Source: Octopus vulgaris (Eukaryota). Taken from it: 64,000 bases of DNA. The DNA lies in assembly GCA_951406725.2 (NCBI GenBank), contig OX597821.1, positions 35,340,001-35,404,000 of the forward strand. Reading direction: 5' to 3'. The notes beneath the pieces were generated by a model. That model saw nothing but the letters and a program-made list of their open reading frames with translations, ran no database searches and was not told the DNA's origin. The first letter of the stretch is position 1. The number at the start of each line of letters is the position of its first letter. Below, in pieces: positions 25,011-36,082 of the stretch. The position numbers and the translations under genes are program-made.

Positions 25011-25052
<42 letters not shown>

Positions 25053-26882
25053 AAGCAATTTCAGCTTTAAACAGTTATCAAACAGCAAACTCAATGATGA
25101 ATAATTCTCCTTAATGCACTACGACAGAAATTAAAAAATAATATTTTTCAGTCTCTTTTAAACCTTCATCGTATCTAATTGTTTATATAACTTATTACTT
25201 GAGAGCAACCGAACCTCAACTGTGTATGTATAAGTTTTATGAAATTCATCGAACAGGTGAACTTTTATTTTCTATTACCATGAAATTAACTGAATATAAA
25301 TAATTTGTTTGACCATTTGATATATGAATCATGTTGTAGCGAATGGTGCTCATTCACTTCTTTATTTATCAATGGAAAGCAAAAATTGAGGAAACCGGTA
25401 TGCTTTTTAATGAACATGTCAATGAAAATCAAAACTACATTTCGTTTTAAGACTGAGATGCATTTTCAACCCTCAAACCGACTCTCCTATATTATTTCCA
25501 TATATGTTTTTAAACATTTGGTGGTGAACAAAATAAATACATGTGGGAACATTCAGAACGGTTCTGTCAACTATAGGATCTATTGAAATAAACATCCTTT
25601 TACTAATTTCAAAAACCAGTGCGACGTTGACTACAGTTACGTTACTGATAGCTAATAAGACGAGTTTAAGACGTGTCATATTTGATTTTCCTGTACGCCC
25701 CCAATAACTCCTAGAAAATTATAAATTCCGTTCATAATACAGCTCTTTATTCCAACTCAAATTTAGTCAGTATTTGCAAATGTTATGAGAAATATTTGCT
25801 AACAGCCTAGAAACACACACACATTTAGACAGTAAATATAGACACAAGGACACACATATATGCTGCTTATGTACATATTTGATCATATTCATTGATGCCA
25901 TAAAAGAGTGACGGCATCAACTTGTAACATATGTTGATGTATATAATATGAAGGCAATTGATAACTCATACAATCCGACAGAAAACGTACTTTTACGAAG
26001 AGTCAATTATTTTTCTTTTTAAGATTTCGTTTGCGCTTCTTTTTTCTTCGAGTGAGTTGAGATTTTAGCAGAAGCTATAGAAAGAAATTAAGAAAATGAA
26101 AAAATAAAAAAAAAAAAAGAAGCTCATTGAGGAAGAAAGTACATATTTTTCTCATCTAAAATTGAGATGTCAAGAAGGAAAAGAAAACGATATAAAAGAA
26201 ACTACGTAAATGAGGGTGGAGATGAAAAGTAAAGATAAATGGAGGAGGCTGGGGAAGACGAAAGTGGAGAAGTAGAAGGCGAAAAAAGAGGAGAAAAGGG
26301 GAGGAAATAAAAATAGGAAGAGAAAAAGGAGAAAAGGTGGAGGAGAAAAGGAAGCAGGGGAAAAGGATGAGTAGAAAACGTAATGCATAAATTGAATAAG
26401 AAAAATAAGAATAATATTGAAGAATAAGCGGAGGAGTAGGAGACGACAAAATGACCGAATGAAACAGGGGGCGAACTGATTTACAGTCGGCAAATTTGCA
26501 TCGGACAGTGTTTCACATATTGTTTTTAATACTGTCTGCGATCTGAGTTCAAATCCTCCTGAGGGTGAAGTTTACCTTACATCCTTGTGGATGATTGCTG
26601 GAACTCTAAGAATGCGGGGTCCAGATGCCATGCAGAATTTGTTCTCGTTGCTGGTGTTCTGAGTTTAAATCCCGCTTTGATCTGTTTGAGAGGTAAGCGT
26701 AACCCATTTCGTGGTTAAACAACCTCTTCTAGACATCTCGGGTGCATTTACTAGGGTTCACACTTTTGTAAACATTAAGATTAGGATTCTCGATAGATGG
26801 TACCACTTTTCCTTCCTCCCTCCTTCCCAACAATATCAAAAGCAACATAACACGTCAAATTTACTGTCCTATCTCCTGACTA

Positions 26883-26920
<38 letters not shown>

Positions 26921-28301
26921 AAAAATCGAGGAATGTGTTTCCCCAAAATATATGTTGCTGTACTAGAATACTTTTGTCATCAAATGGTTTGGTTGTATAT
27001 AGAATAGGGGGAAAAAATTGATCGCATGTATGATATAGCTAATAATAATGATAATAGTAATAATAAGATGAAATGGTGAAAGGAAATCAATTGCAAATGT
27101 AAAATGTAAACATAACGATAAATTTATCTTGGTGAGTCATTTTCTTTTTCTTGTAATGTTGGATATTTTATCGGATAGTATATATTTCGAAGATTCACTT
27201 GATCTTCAAAGTATGTATATGAATGAAAAAATATTGTATTTTCACCACCACCACCGCCATTACCTATTCTGAATCTTCTTTAAAGTATACATACATACAT
27301 ACATACATACATACATACATACATACATACATACATACATACATACATACATACATACATACATACATACATACATACATACATACTTGCATGCATGCAT
27401 ACATACATACATACATACATACATACATACATACATACATACATACATACATACATACATACATACATACATGCTTACATACCTACATACATACATACAT
27501 ACTCTCGCACACTCATATATGTATAACTAGAGAAAATATAAGATAGAAATAACTGCCACATCATCATCTGCTAAATTTATGATTTCATTGAAAAGCCTGT
27601 TATTGCTTTCTCTTCTATTCACTACAGTTACACAATAATTCATACATGTTTAAGTACATTAAGACGCCGATACAGTAAGTCGTAAATTGCCAGGGAGCAG
27701 AGACAAGATTCTGATTTCTGTTTTGTATGAATAAACTGAATTGAACTGGTTGCATTAGTTTACACGATGCCCAATGAAGTAGGTTCGAATCACAAATGGA
27801 GCCTCATGAAATGTTTCTAACTGATATTTAAATTATTTAGTCTGCGGTAGAGAAACAGACGAAGTTATCCTACAACTGGAAATTGGGATCAAATAATTGT
27901 AGTAAAGTGGAATGTGTTAAAATCACTCGAGGTAGACAGCGCTAAGCAACCTTACGGATTAAATCTATTAATAAATAACTAAAACATTCCTTCTGAATTG
28001 CTTACAGGGCAAGAGATTTTACTCACAGCAGCAGTCATATATTCTCGTATTACAACCTCTCGTCTTAAAAGAAAAAAAATTAATAATGATAGTTTGGATA
28101 ATGTAATCCTAGGTATATTCTGTCTTAAACAAAACGACAGGTTGGCCACGGCTAAAATGCTTTTGATATTATGACATCAGGTTAACTAAAACAGCAACAG
28201 TATAAAGGCAGTAGAAACATAGCTTCTAGCAATACAAAAACTGGTTTGACGTAAATATTCCGACAGACACTGCACGTTTATTTTTACACCAAAGACATAT
28301 C

Positions 28302-28723
28302 GGATCTTTTCGGTTTGAACGGTAGTTTTTAACATAATTTCTAGGTAATTAAAAAATTTTAAACTTCGTATGCTGGTAGAATGTGTTTATAAAACATCTT
28401 TTACTCTTGGCTTTATTGAGAAAATTCTATAGTTTGTAAGATATTTGTTGTTTTTTTTTCTTCAATTTCTGCAATTTCAACCAATCAGTGACGTCTATTG
28501 AGTTAAAAAGCATTCTGTGCCGTATGAATATGTCCCTCGTTTAAGAAACAGATTGGGTTTATTTACATTTGTGAAGAAATAAGATACCCTTCCTTCACCC
28601 CTAATCCTAACCCTAACCCTAAAAGAGATTGAAATGCAATAGATCGATTCTAGGGTCATAATTATGGGTGACAATTTCATATGACACCGCGAGAAAAAAC
28701 TGCCGTTCAAACCGAAAAGATCC
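28302..28723. mobile_element. Third copy of the 420-bp MITE
   Basis: Same TIRs; TSD ga(c/t)atatc at 28294-28301 and 28724-28731. Confidence 0.93.
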
Positions 28724-29099
28724 GATATATCAATGTTCGTATTTACAAGGAGTAGGTTTACAGATGTAAAAAAATATCCGTGGTATAAAAAGCAAGAGGG
28801 GAAGAAATAGATTGCAGCAAATATATGTGTCGGATAAGTAATAGGTAATACATTATATCTGAAACTGAGTCTTTACTTCTACATTTATTATTGAGAACAG
28901 TGCACGAGTAAAGACATTCTAAACATGACCACCCACATTTCTTGAAAATTCGTGTCAACATTCTTCTTATATGCCTGGACTCTTCTAAGACATGCTTGAT
29001 GGTGATACAGGGAGGGGCAGAGAGGACGGACGTTTTTGAAAAATTCACAAAATCATAAATTTTTTAGATGCAAATATATTTTATTGACATCAATGTGTT

Positions 29100-29594
29100 T
29101 GTATTAAATTAGCATTTGTCAAAATCAAGTGCAAAAACAACAGCCATCATGTGGTGTCCATTTTCATTGGTGAATTTATGAAGGCGTTCTTGGAAGTTGG
29201 CTTCCAGTCTCTCCAGCATTGCTATGTCGAAATGGATGAGTTACACGCAAATAGCTTCTTTTAAATCGTCCAGTGTACGGGGCTTATACGCATATACACG
29301 TTCCTCGAGGATTCCCCAAGATAAATAACCACACATGGACAAATTAGAGGACCGAGGTTGCCAAGGAATGTCAGCAAACCTGGAAATGAGGCGATCACTG
29401 AAAAGAGGGCGAAGAACTTCCATTGATACTCTGGCTGTATGGCTCGTCGCCTCACGTTGCTGAATCCACATACGTCAAATAGGTATACATTTTCGTCGTA
29501 ATTCAGACACAAAGAAGTTGCTTATCATCTCGATATAAGGATCGGAGATCACAGGAACAGCATTTCCATTATTGTCTTCAAAATACATTTCAAA

Positions 29595-29600
<6 letters not shown>
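29100..29600 (-). pseudogene. Tc1/mariner-superfamily transposase remnant (WFQQDGA...WPPRSPDL type)
   Basis: YFEDNNGNAVPV..YIEMISNFF and WIQQREATSHTARVSMEVLRPLFSDRLISRFADIPWQPRSSNLSMCGYLSWGILEERVYAYKPRTLDDLKEAI. Confidence 0.88.
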
Positions 29601-29648
<48 letters not shown>

Positions 29649-30055
29649 AAGGGTGAAAAGGAACACACGAGTTGATATATATGAAAAACAAGTCTCTAAA
29701 ATATTTTATATAACATATATATGTATATATATATATATACCCTATAGGTATAAGGGTATATAGGAAGAGGCGGTGGAGGGAGATCTGGATTGCCGATGGT
29801 CATATAGTAGTAAAATATAATTGAACTAGACTGCCAGCCGCCACTGACCATTCAAAATACGACCATCAGGGCACTCCCAATTCTCAAAGCCTTCTTCCTC
29901 TACTACCCTTCCAAGAACTCACAACGACCTCCGACACACAAGTGCAAACAAGGGAGTCAGAGAAAGGCAGAATGCCACTTAAATCTGAACACTACTATAG
30001 AAATATTCTTTTAAAAACTTTTCTTCTAATTTTTCTAAATTTAATTATTTAATCG

Positions 30056-30099
30056 TTACAGTTGAAAAGGTCTCAAAATGACCGAAACCGGTACTGAAA
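30056..30099 (+). ncRNA. Minimal hammerhead motif with U3:A8 core, near the 3' end of a PLE-terminus-like fragment (~29745-30135)
   Basis: cag-TTGAAAA-GGTC-tcaaaat-GACC-GAAA-ccg-GTA-ctg; palindromic ACCGGT stem III; aataaa and a (TA)n tract follow. Confidence 0.6.
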
Positions 30100-30133
30100 T
30101 GTTCAATAAAATTATTTTAGCATTTTCTATTTT

Positions 30134-30170
<37 letters not shown>

Positions 30171-30173
<3 letters not shown>

Positions 30174-30607
30174 GTAATCCAAACAAGAAAACACAAAAAA
30201 ACACAACGCGAGGACGTGGAACAGATATAGTATTATTGGACGCTCAGGAAAGAAGGAAAGAAGGAGGGTTTAACGTTTCCAGCGGAGCTCTTCGTCGGAA
30301 ACATAGGAGAAGGAAAGATCCAGAGAGGAGAAGACAGTGGAAAAAAATCGGCAACGGTACACACGAGGTCACATTACATATATATATACATTCAAAATGT
30401 GACCGCTTGTGTACGGTTGGCGATTTTTTTCCTACGTCTTCCCTTCCTTGGATCTTTCCATTTTCTGTTTCTGACGAAGGAGCTCCGCTCGAAACGTTAA
30501 ATCCTCCTTATTTCTTTCCTTTTCTGAATTTCCAATAACACTATAATTGTTCCACGTCCTCGTGTTGTTGTGTTTTCTCTTTGTGCTTTCATGTTTGGAT
30601 TAACTAT
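30171..30607. mobile_element. Fold-back pair (~205-bp arms) of a hammerhead-bearing PLE-terminus-like element
   Basis: Arms at 30171-30375 and 30396-30607 with a 20-nt AT spacer; each arm carries a hammerhead core. Confidence 0.8.
30468..30501 (+). ncRNA. Minimal type-I hammerhead motif
   Basis: ttt-CTGACGA-ag-GAGC-tcc-GCTC-GAAA-cg-TT-aaa; a mutated mirror copy lies on the minus strand at 30268-30300. Confidence 0.62.
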
Positions 30608-30621
30608 ATATATATATATAT

Positions 30622-30790
30622 ATACGAAGGGTTTCTTTCAGCTTCTGTCTACCAAATCGAATCACAAGACTTTGGTCGGCCTGAGGCTATAATAGAAAAC
30701 ACTTACCCAAGGTGTCACGCAGTTGGATTGAACGCGGAACCATGTGGGTTCTCAGTCACCTTCTTACCATACTGCCACCCCTACGCCTAT
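30622..30790 (-). mobile_element. SINE family A, 5' half
   Basis: Diverged head and body. Confidence 0.8.
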
Positions 30791-31322
30791 TATCTTTTTT
30801 TTTAAAGATGTGATTGGACAATGATACTTCGGCGTATATAAATGTAAAATGAAACAAACCAAAAAAAAAGAAAAAAAGATAAAAAAGGAAAAAAATGACA
30901 ACGGGATGGGTAGCGTTAGAATACCTTTGATCATGTGTTTGATCAACCAGAGCTAGCTTTGAAAAAAAAAAACAACCACAATAAAACAATGTCAAAAACA
31001 ATCGCAACAAAAACGACACCGAAACGGAATCCTCAACAACAACGTGATCTATACAAACAGGAATGGTAAATAGCCGTAACAATAGAACTTAACGGCAATA
31101 AAAGCTAAACAGCTTCCATGTTGTTGTATTCTTTTAAAAGCGTGTTAACAGGTGAATAAACTTAAATGGTTTGGATAATGTGTTAGGAAGGGGCGGAGGT
31201 GGGTAGGATCGGAGGAAACGGTAAATTATGGCAATGGTATAGTGGAATAACCGAAGGTGCGTTTTTTGATGTTTATTGTAGCAATAGTGTCGTTAGTGGA
31301 AGGGCAACAAACATGGTATATT

Positions 31323-31702
31323 TAGTAGTAGTAGTAGTAGTAGTAGTAGTAGCAGAAGCAGCAGTAGTAGTAGTGGTGGTGGTGGTAGTTGCAGTATTAG
31401 TCGTGGTGGTGGTGACAATAGTGTTGCTATTGATGGTAGTAGTAGTAGATGTAGTAGTAGCAGCAACAGCAGCAGTATTAGTATTAGTATTAGTAGTAGC
31501 AGCACAATAATAGTGGAGGGTGTAGTAGTACTAGTACTACTACTACTACTAGTAGTAGTATTAGTAGTAGTAGTAGTAATAGTAGTAGTAGTAGTAATAG
31601 TGATGATGGTAGTGGCGGTGGTTGTGGTGGTAGTGGTAGTAGTAGTAGCAGCAGCAGTAGCAGCAGCAGCAGTAGCAGTAGTAGTAGTAGTAGTAGTAGT
31701 AG
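31323..31702. repeat. (TAG/TGG/CAG)n compound trinucleotide repeat
   Basis: Seen directly. Confidence 0.97.
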
Positions 31703-32150
31703 TGCTGGTTATAGGGGGTTGTGTTTGTGGTCATTGTTACGACGATAATTTGGTTTTAAATAAAACTTCCGCTGATGATGACCAATGATGACTATTATTA
31801 TTGTAAAAAAAAAAATAGCGATCGATATAAGATCAGGACAATGAAAAACTATCACGACAGTCACGATAAATCTGATGAAAAGACGTGTGTGTGTGTATGT
31901 GAGTATTTGTTTTAATATATATGAGATTTTTTGCGCGAATAAAGATCTAAGAAACCAGGAAGACAGTAAAAGGAAGGATGAAATAAAAACACTTATAACG
32001 TGTATGTGTGGGGAATTATAGTTTATCGATATAACAATGAAGAAAGGTGTTATGCTATTGATCTCCAGGCCAGCCCTTAATATAATAAAAGGCAAAGCAA
32101 CCATAATAATGCTGTCTATTTAGACGTAAACAATGTCCTTTTTAAATGTG

Positions 32151-32475
32151 AAGGCGCGTGGATTAGTGGTTAGGGCATTTGGCTCACGATTGCAAGGTCG
32201 GGAGTTCAGTTCCCGGCGATGCGTAGTGGACTTGAGCAAGACACTTTATTTCACGTTTCTCTACTCCACTCAGCTGGCAAAAAATGAGTATTACCTGTAT
32301 TTCAAAGGGCCGGCCTTGTCACACTCGGTGTCACGCTGAATCTCCCTGAGAATTACGTTAGCGGTAAACGTGTCTGTGGAGGGCTCAGCCACTTGCACGT
32401 TAATTTCATGAGCAAGCTGTTCCGTTGATTGAATCCGCTGGGACCCTTGTCGTCGTAACCGACAGAGTGCTCCAT
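32151..32475 (+). mobile_element. SINE family D (tRNA-derived)
   Basis: A box gtggattagtggttag, B box gagttcagttcc, then cttgagcaagacactttatttcacgtt; this head-proximal segment is shared with family E. Confidence 0.75.
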
Positions 32476-32509
32476 ATAATGTCCCTTGGACTTTTCCAGA
32501 TTTGTACGC

Positions 32510-32675
32510 ATAGGCGTGGCTGTGAGGCAAGAAGCTTTTTTCTCAACCACATAGTTCTAGGTTCAGTCTCCTTGTGTATCACCTTCGGCGTGTGTCTTCT
32601 AATGTAATCTTAAGTTGACTAAAGCCTTGTGAGTAGATATGGTAGACAAGTACTGAAAGAAACCCACCGTATATA

Positions 32676-32711
<36 letters not shown>

Positions 32712-33320
32712 AGACCCCCTTCGGTCACGAATGACCATGGGATTGCACCTAGAAAGTTACCCTCCGAGGCACAAGTCCGGGCAAATTGTTTGTGGAAGGC
32801 CAGCAGTGGCCCATGCATACCAGCCTCCCTTCTCGACGCTACCAGTGTTATCCAAGGGAAGGCAAAGGCTGATACAGTTTGGCACCAATGACGTCGCAAC
32901 TCATTTCTACAGCTGAGCGAACTGGAGCAACGTGAAATAGAGTGTCTTGTTCAAGAACACAACACGCAGCCCGGTCCGCGATTTGAACGTCATGGTAGTA
33001 AGTTCGACGCTCTAAGCCATTCGCCTTCACACACACACGCACATGAGAGTGTGTGTATGTATGTAGTAATATATAGTATATGTATATAATCTATATATAG
33101 TAGTATGTGTGTGTGTCTTTGTTTAACAAGTGATGTTAGTGTGCTTACGCCCCACTAACCTGGCGGTTCAGGAAGGTAACTGACAAAATAAGTGTCAGGT
33201 TTCACAAGAAATAAGTACTGGGATCGATTTATTCGATTAAAATGTCATCAAGAGGGTGCTCCAGCATGGCCACAATCTAATGATTGAAACAAACAAACGA
33301 TAAAAGAAAATGATAAAAGA
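32510..33320 (+). mobile_element. Diverged SINE family A copy interrupted in its internal microsatellite by family E
   Basis: 5' half at 32510-32670, 3' half at ~33110-33320. Confidence 0.8.
32710..33029 (-). mobile_element. SINE family E with RTE-like 3' tail
   Basis: Minus strand: tRNA-like head, gtgttcttgaacaagacactctatttcacgtt, tail cccatggtcattcgtgaccgaaggggg. Confidence 0.7.
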
Positions 33321-33609
33321 TAGATGAACATGGCTTGAAAAGAACTGAAAGCGTTTTCTCGATGACTATGAGATCACTTTGACCCCTTTCTCTCTCTCTC
33401 TTCCCCATCTTTCCCTCTCTTCCTCTCTCTTTTAGTATGTCTTCCTCTCTCTTTCTCCCTCTCCCTCTCGCTCTCTCTCATTGACAGTGATCTGGCTAAG
33501 GACGGCAAAGGTCATGATGTCAGGCAAGAAATAGTAAAATTAATGGTAAGTTTCTCAGAAGAAAATGCCTGAAAAATCAAATTAATAATTGATACTAAGA
33601 GGCTACAGT

Positions 33610-33617
33610 TGCTGCTG

Positions 33618-33661
<44 letters not shown>

Positions 33662-33674
33662 GCTACTACTGCTG

Positions 33675-33756
<82 letters not shown>

Positions 33757-33874
33757 CAGTACTACGAGCATTTGATGATGATGATGATAAGGACGATGAT
33801 GATAATGATGATGTCAACGACCATAATAATAGAATAGCAATAGTGTTAGTGATGATAATGATGATGATGATGAC

Positions 33875-33909
<35 letters not shown>

Positions 33910-33912
33910 CGA
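33610..33912. repeat. (CTA)n followed by (GAT)n repeats
   Basis: Seen directly. Confidence 0.98.
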
Positions 33913-34094
33913 CAACTCTGTTAATGATGGAGATTAACGTAAGTATGGTCTAAATCTTTGTTGTATTATTTAACATAGAATTATAAGAACCGTTGTGTGG
34001 AGGCACTTACGCGCATGTGCGTATGAGTGTGTGTGTGTGTGCGTATTTATACGTCAGATAGATATGGTATGCATATTATTGTAGTTTTGTAAGC

Positions 34095-34141
<47 letters not shown>

Positions 34142-34818
34142 TGTGTGCTTATGTGTGCGCCTGTTTTTGGTATAAATTGTAAGAATGTGCGTTTGTTGTC
34201 GAGAAAGTAAATCCTCGAGTAAGAAGAGCTAAGGGCTGCGTGAATATGTTTGAAAGAACGGATGAAGTAGCTATTTTATCTAGGTACATGTGTACTCGAG
34301 TGTATCACCGATAAACGTATGATAATCCATTTTGATATCATGGCATAATGATATGAGATATTTTGATGTTCATACATTTCCCAATGACATTCACACAATA
34401 AGTGACCATAGGCGTAGGAGTGGCTGTGTGGTAAGTAGCTTTCTTGAGAATATTTCTTGTGGGCGTATCTCGCAAGAAAACTTTAAGAATAAGCCACTTG
34501 GATTACCTTTTGGACCAATTTTTGTGGAAGTTGTGTTACAGTTGCGGCGTTCCAGGTTCAACTCAGGCCGGGAGTACCGTAAGGCCAGAAGATTTTTGCT
34601 GTGTTTTTGCTGTTTATTAACTTTCTTTTGAACTTCATTTAACTCCCCCTTTTGTTTTTTTTTGTTTATTGCGACTTTCCGTTGATATCTTCCCTTCTGT
34701 TGTGCTTTCTCCTTTTTGTTTTTTCAAAAATCTATCGAATTTCATTTGGACTTTTGAACTTTTTTCTTCTCGCTTTTTAAGTTTAATTTGAATATATTAA
34801 AAAAAAAACAAAAAAAAC

Positions 34819-35628
34819 ATGGCAATGAAAAATGACAGAATTTTGGAATGGGAGATCATACCGCCTAAAAAGTGGTTAAAAGACCGTGAAGATAGGACGG
34901 TGGTGTTGAGAACCTACTCCAAGGCACTCGACACCATCGCCCTATTCGAAAAGACGGCAATTGAAAAGGAGTTGGCAGAGTATTTGCCAACAATTAAATT
35001 CATTTCCAGGGGTGTCAAATATGCAACGGTGTGGTTGCTATTTGACACCCCTGAAGAAGCTTGCAAATTTGCTAGCAAACTCCTGGAGGGTAAGGAAATT
35101 TTATTCCTGCCCACGTACCAAAAAAAGAGACTGACGAAAGCTTGGATTAGCGGGCTGCCACCCGGGATAAAACCCGAGTGGATAGAGGAGACTATCCGCC
35201 GGGGTCTGGGTAGCAGCGAAACTAAGCTCCTTAATGTAAAAGTTCTTCCTTCGGCTGCTTGGGTTGGGTCAAAAGCAATTTTGACCCTTTGGACCCAATC
35301 AGCCAATCTGGTTCTTCCAGATTTTTTGAAAATGGCCGGGTGCAGGTACCCGGTGATACTTGAGGGTCGCCCCCCTAAGTGTCATCGGTGCTTGGTGTCC
35401 GGCCATATAAAGAAGAACTGTCCCCGGGAACAAAATAGGATCCCGGAACAGTTAAGTGAAAACCCTGTAGAAGAGGGAATGATAACGGCCGAGGAAACAG
35501 AGGATTCCTTAAACAGAGGCCGAAAGAGGAAGGTAGGCAACAATGGGTGCTCACCAAAGGATACTAGGGATGAGGAGAAAAAAGGCGAATCTTTCGGCCA
35601 CAGAGGAGACGCACCCTCCCTCAGTTGA
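34819..35628 (+). CDS. L1/Tx1-type ORF1 nucleic-acid-binding protein (RRM-like N-terminus + CCHC zinc knuckle), 269 aa as assembled
   Basis: Only long high-complexity ORF in the window; ..YPVILEGRPPK-CHRCLVSGHIKKNC-P (CX2CX4HX4C); ISGLPPGI motif typical of Tx1 ORF1/ZCCHC3-like proteins. Confidence 0.85.
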   Translation: MAMKNDRILEWEIIPPKKWLKDREDRTVVLRTYSKALDTIALFEKTAIEKELAEYLPTIKFISRGVKYATVWLLFDTPEEACKFASKLLEGKEILFLPTYQKKRLTKAWISGLPPGIKPEWIEETIRRGLGSSETKLLNVKVLPSAAWVGSKAILTLWTQSANLVLPDFLKMAGCRYPVILEGRPPKCHRCLVSGHIKKNCPREQNRIPEQLSENPVEEGMITAEETEDSLNRGRKRKVGNNGCSPKDTRDEEKKGESFGHRGDAPSLS

Positions 35629-36082
35629 AAAGAAAAAAAAGAAAAAGAGGAAGAGAAACGGGACATTACTGGCTGTCGGTGACATAGCACCGGAATGTCC
35701 CGGAACTACGTCGGTTGGGGTTGTGCCACCGACAGGAGAATAAACACCGTTGGCGGGAACTGTGCCGCCAACGAAAGAATTGAATATCCCGCACCCGAGG
35801 AAAAACGAGGTATTGATCCACTTCCATAGAGGCGGAGAGATTGAAAAGGTGATGGAAAAGCACCACAAGGGAGCACCTTTAGCCTTCACACAGGACCCCG
35901 AATGGCCTCCGCAGGTAGCTGTGGAGGCCGTGGCGTTCGACGTGACGCTTGGGCTGAAGGAGCTCAATGAGGATTATAGCTTGGTCCCGGGCGACGCTAA
36001 CACGGAACTCGATTACATTCTGAGGGAGGCGTGGTGGATGTTGGAGGGCGCGGGCACAAGTTATTTTGAGGACGAGTCATAA
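35543..36082 (+). pseudogene. Probable frameshifted C-terminal part of the same ORF1
   Basis: ORFs 35543-35743 and 35750-36082 share a frame, are separated by a single TAA, and overlap the end of ORF 34819. Confidence 0.6.

Noticed and set aside
34914-35967. Antisense ORFs (130, 102, 138 aa) over the ORF1 element
   Set aside because: Shadow frames of a more GC-rich coding region; no motifs.
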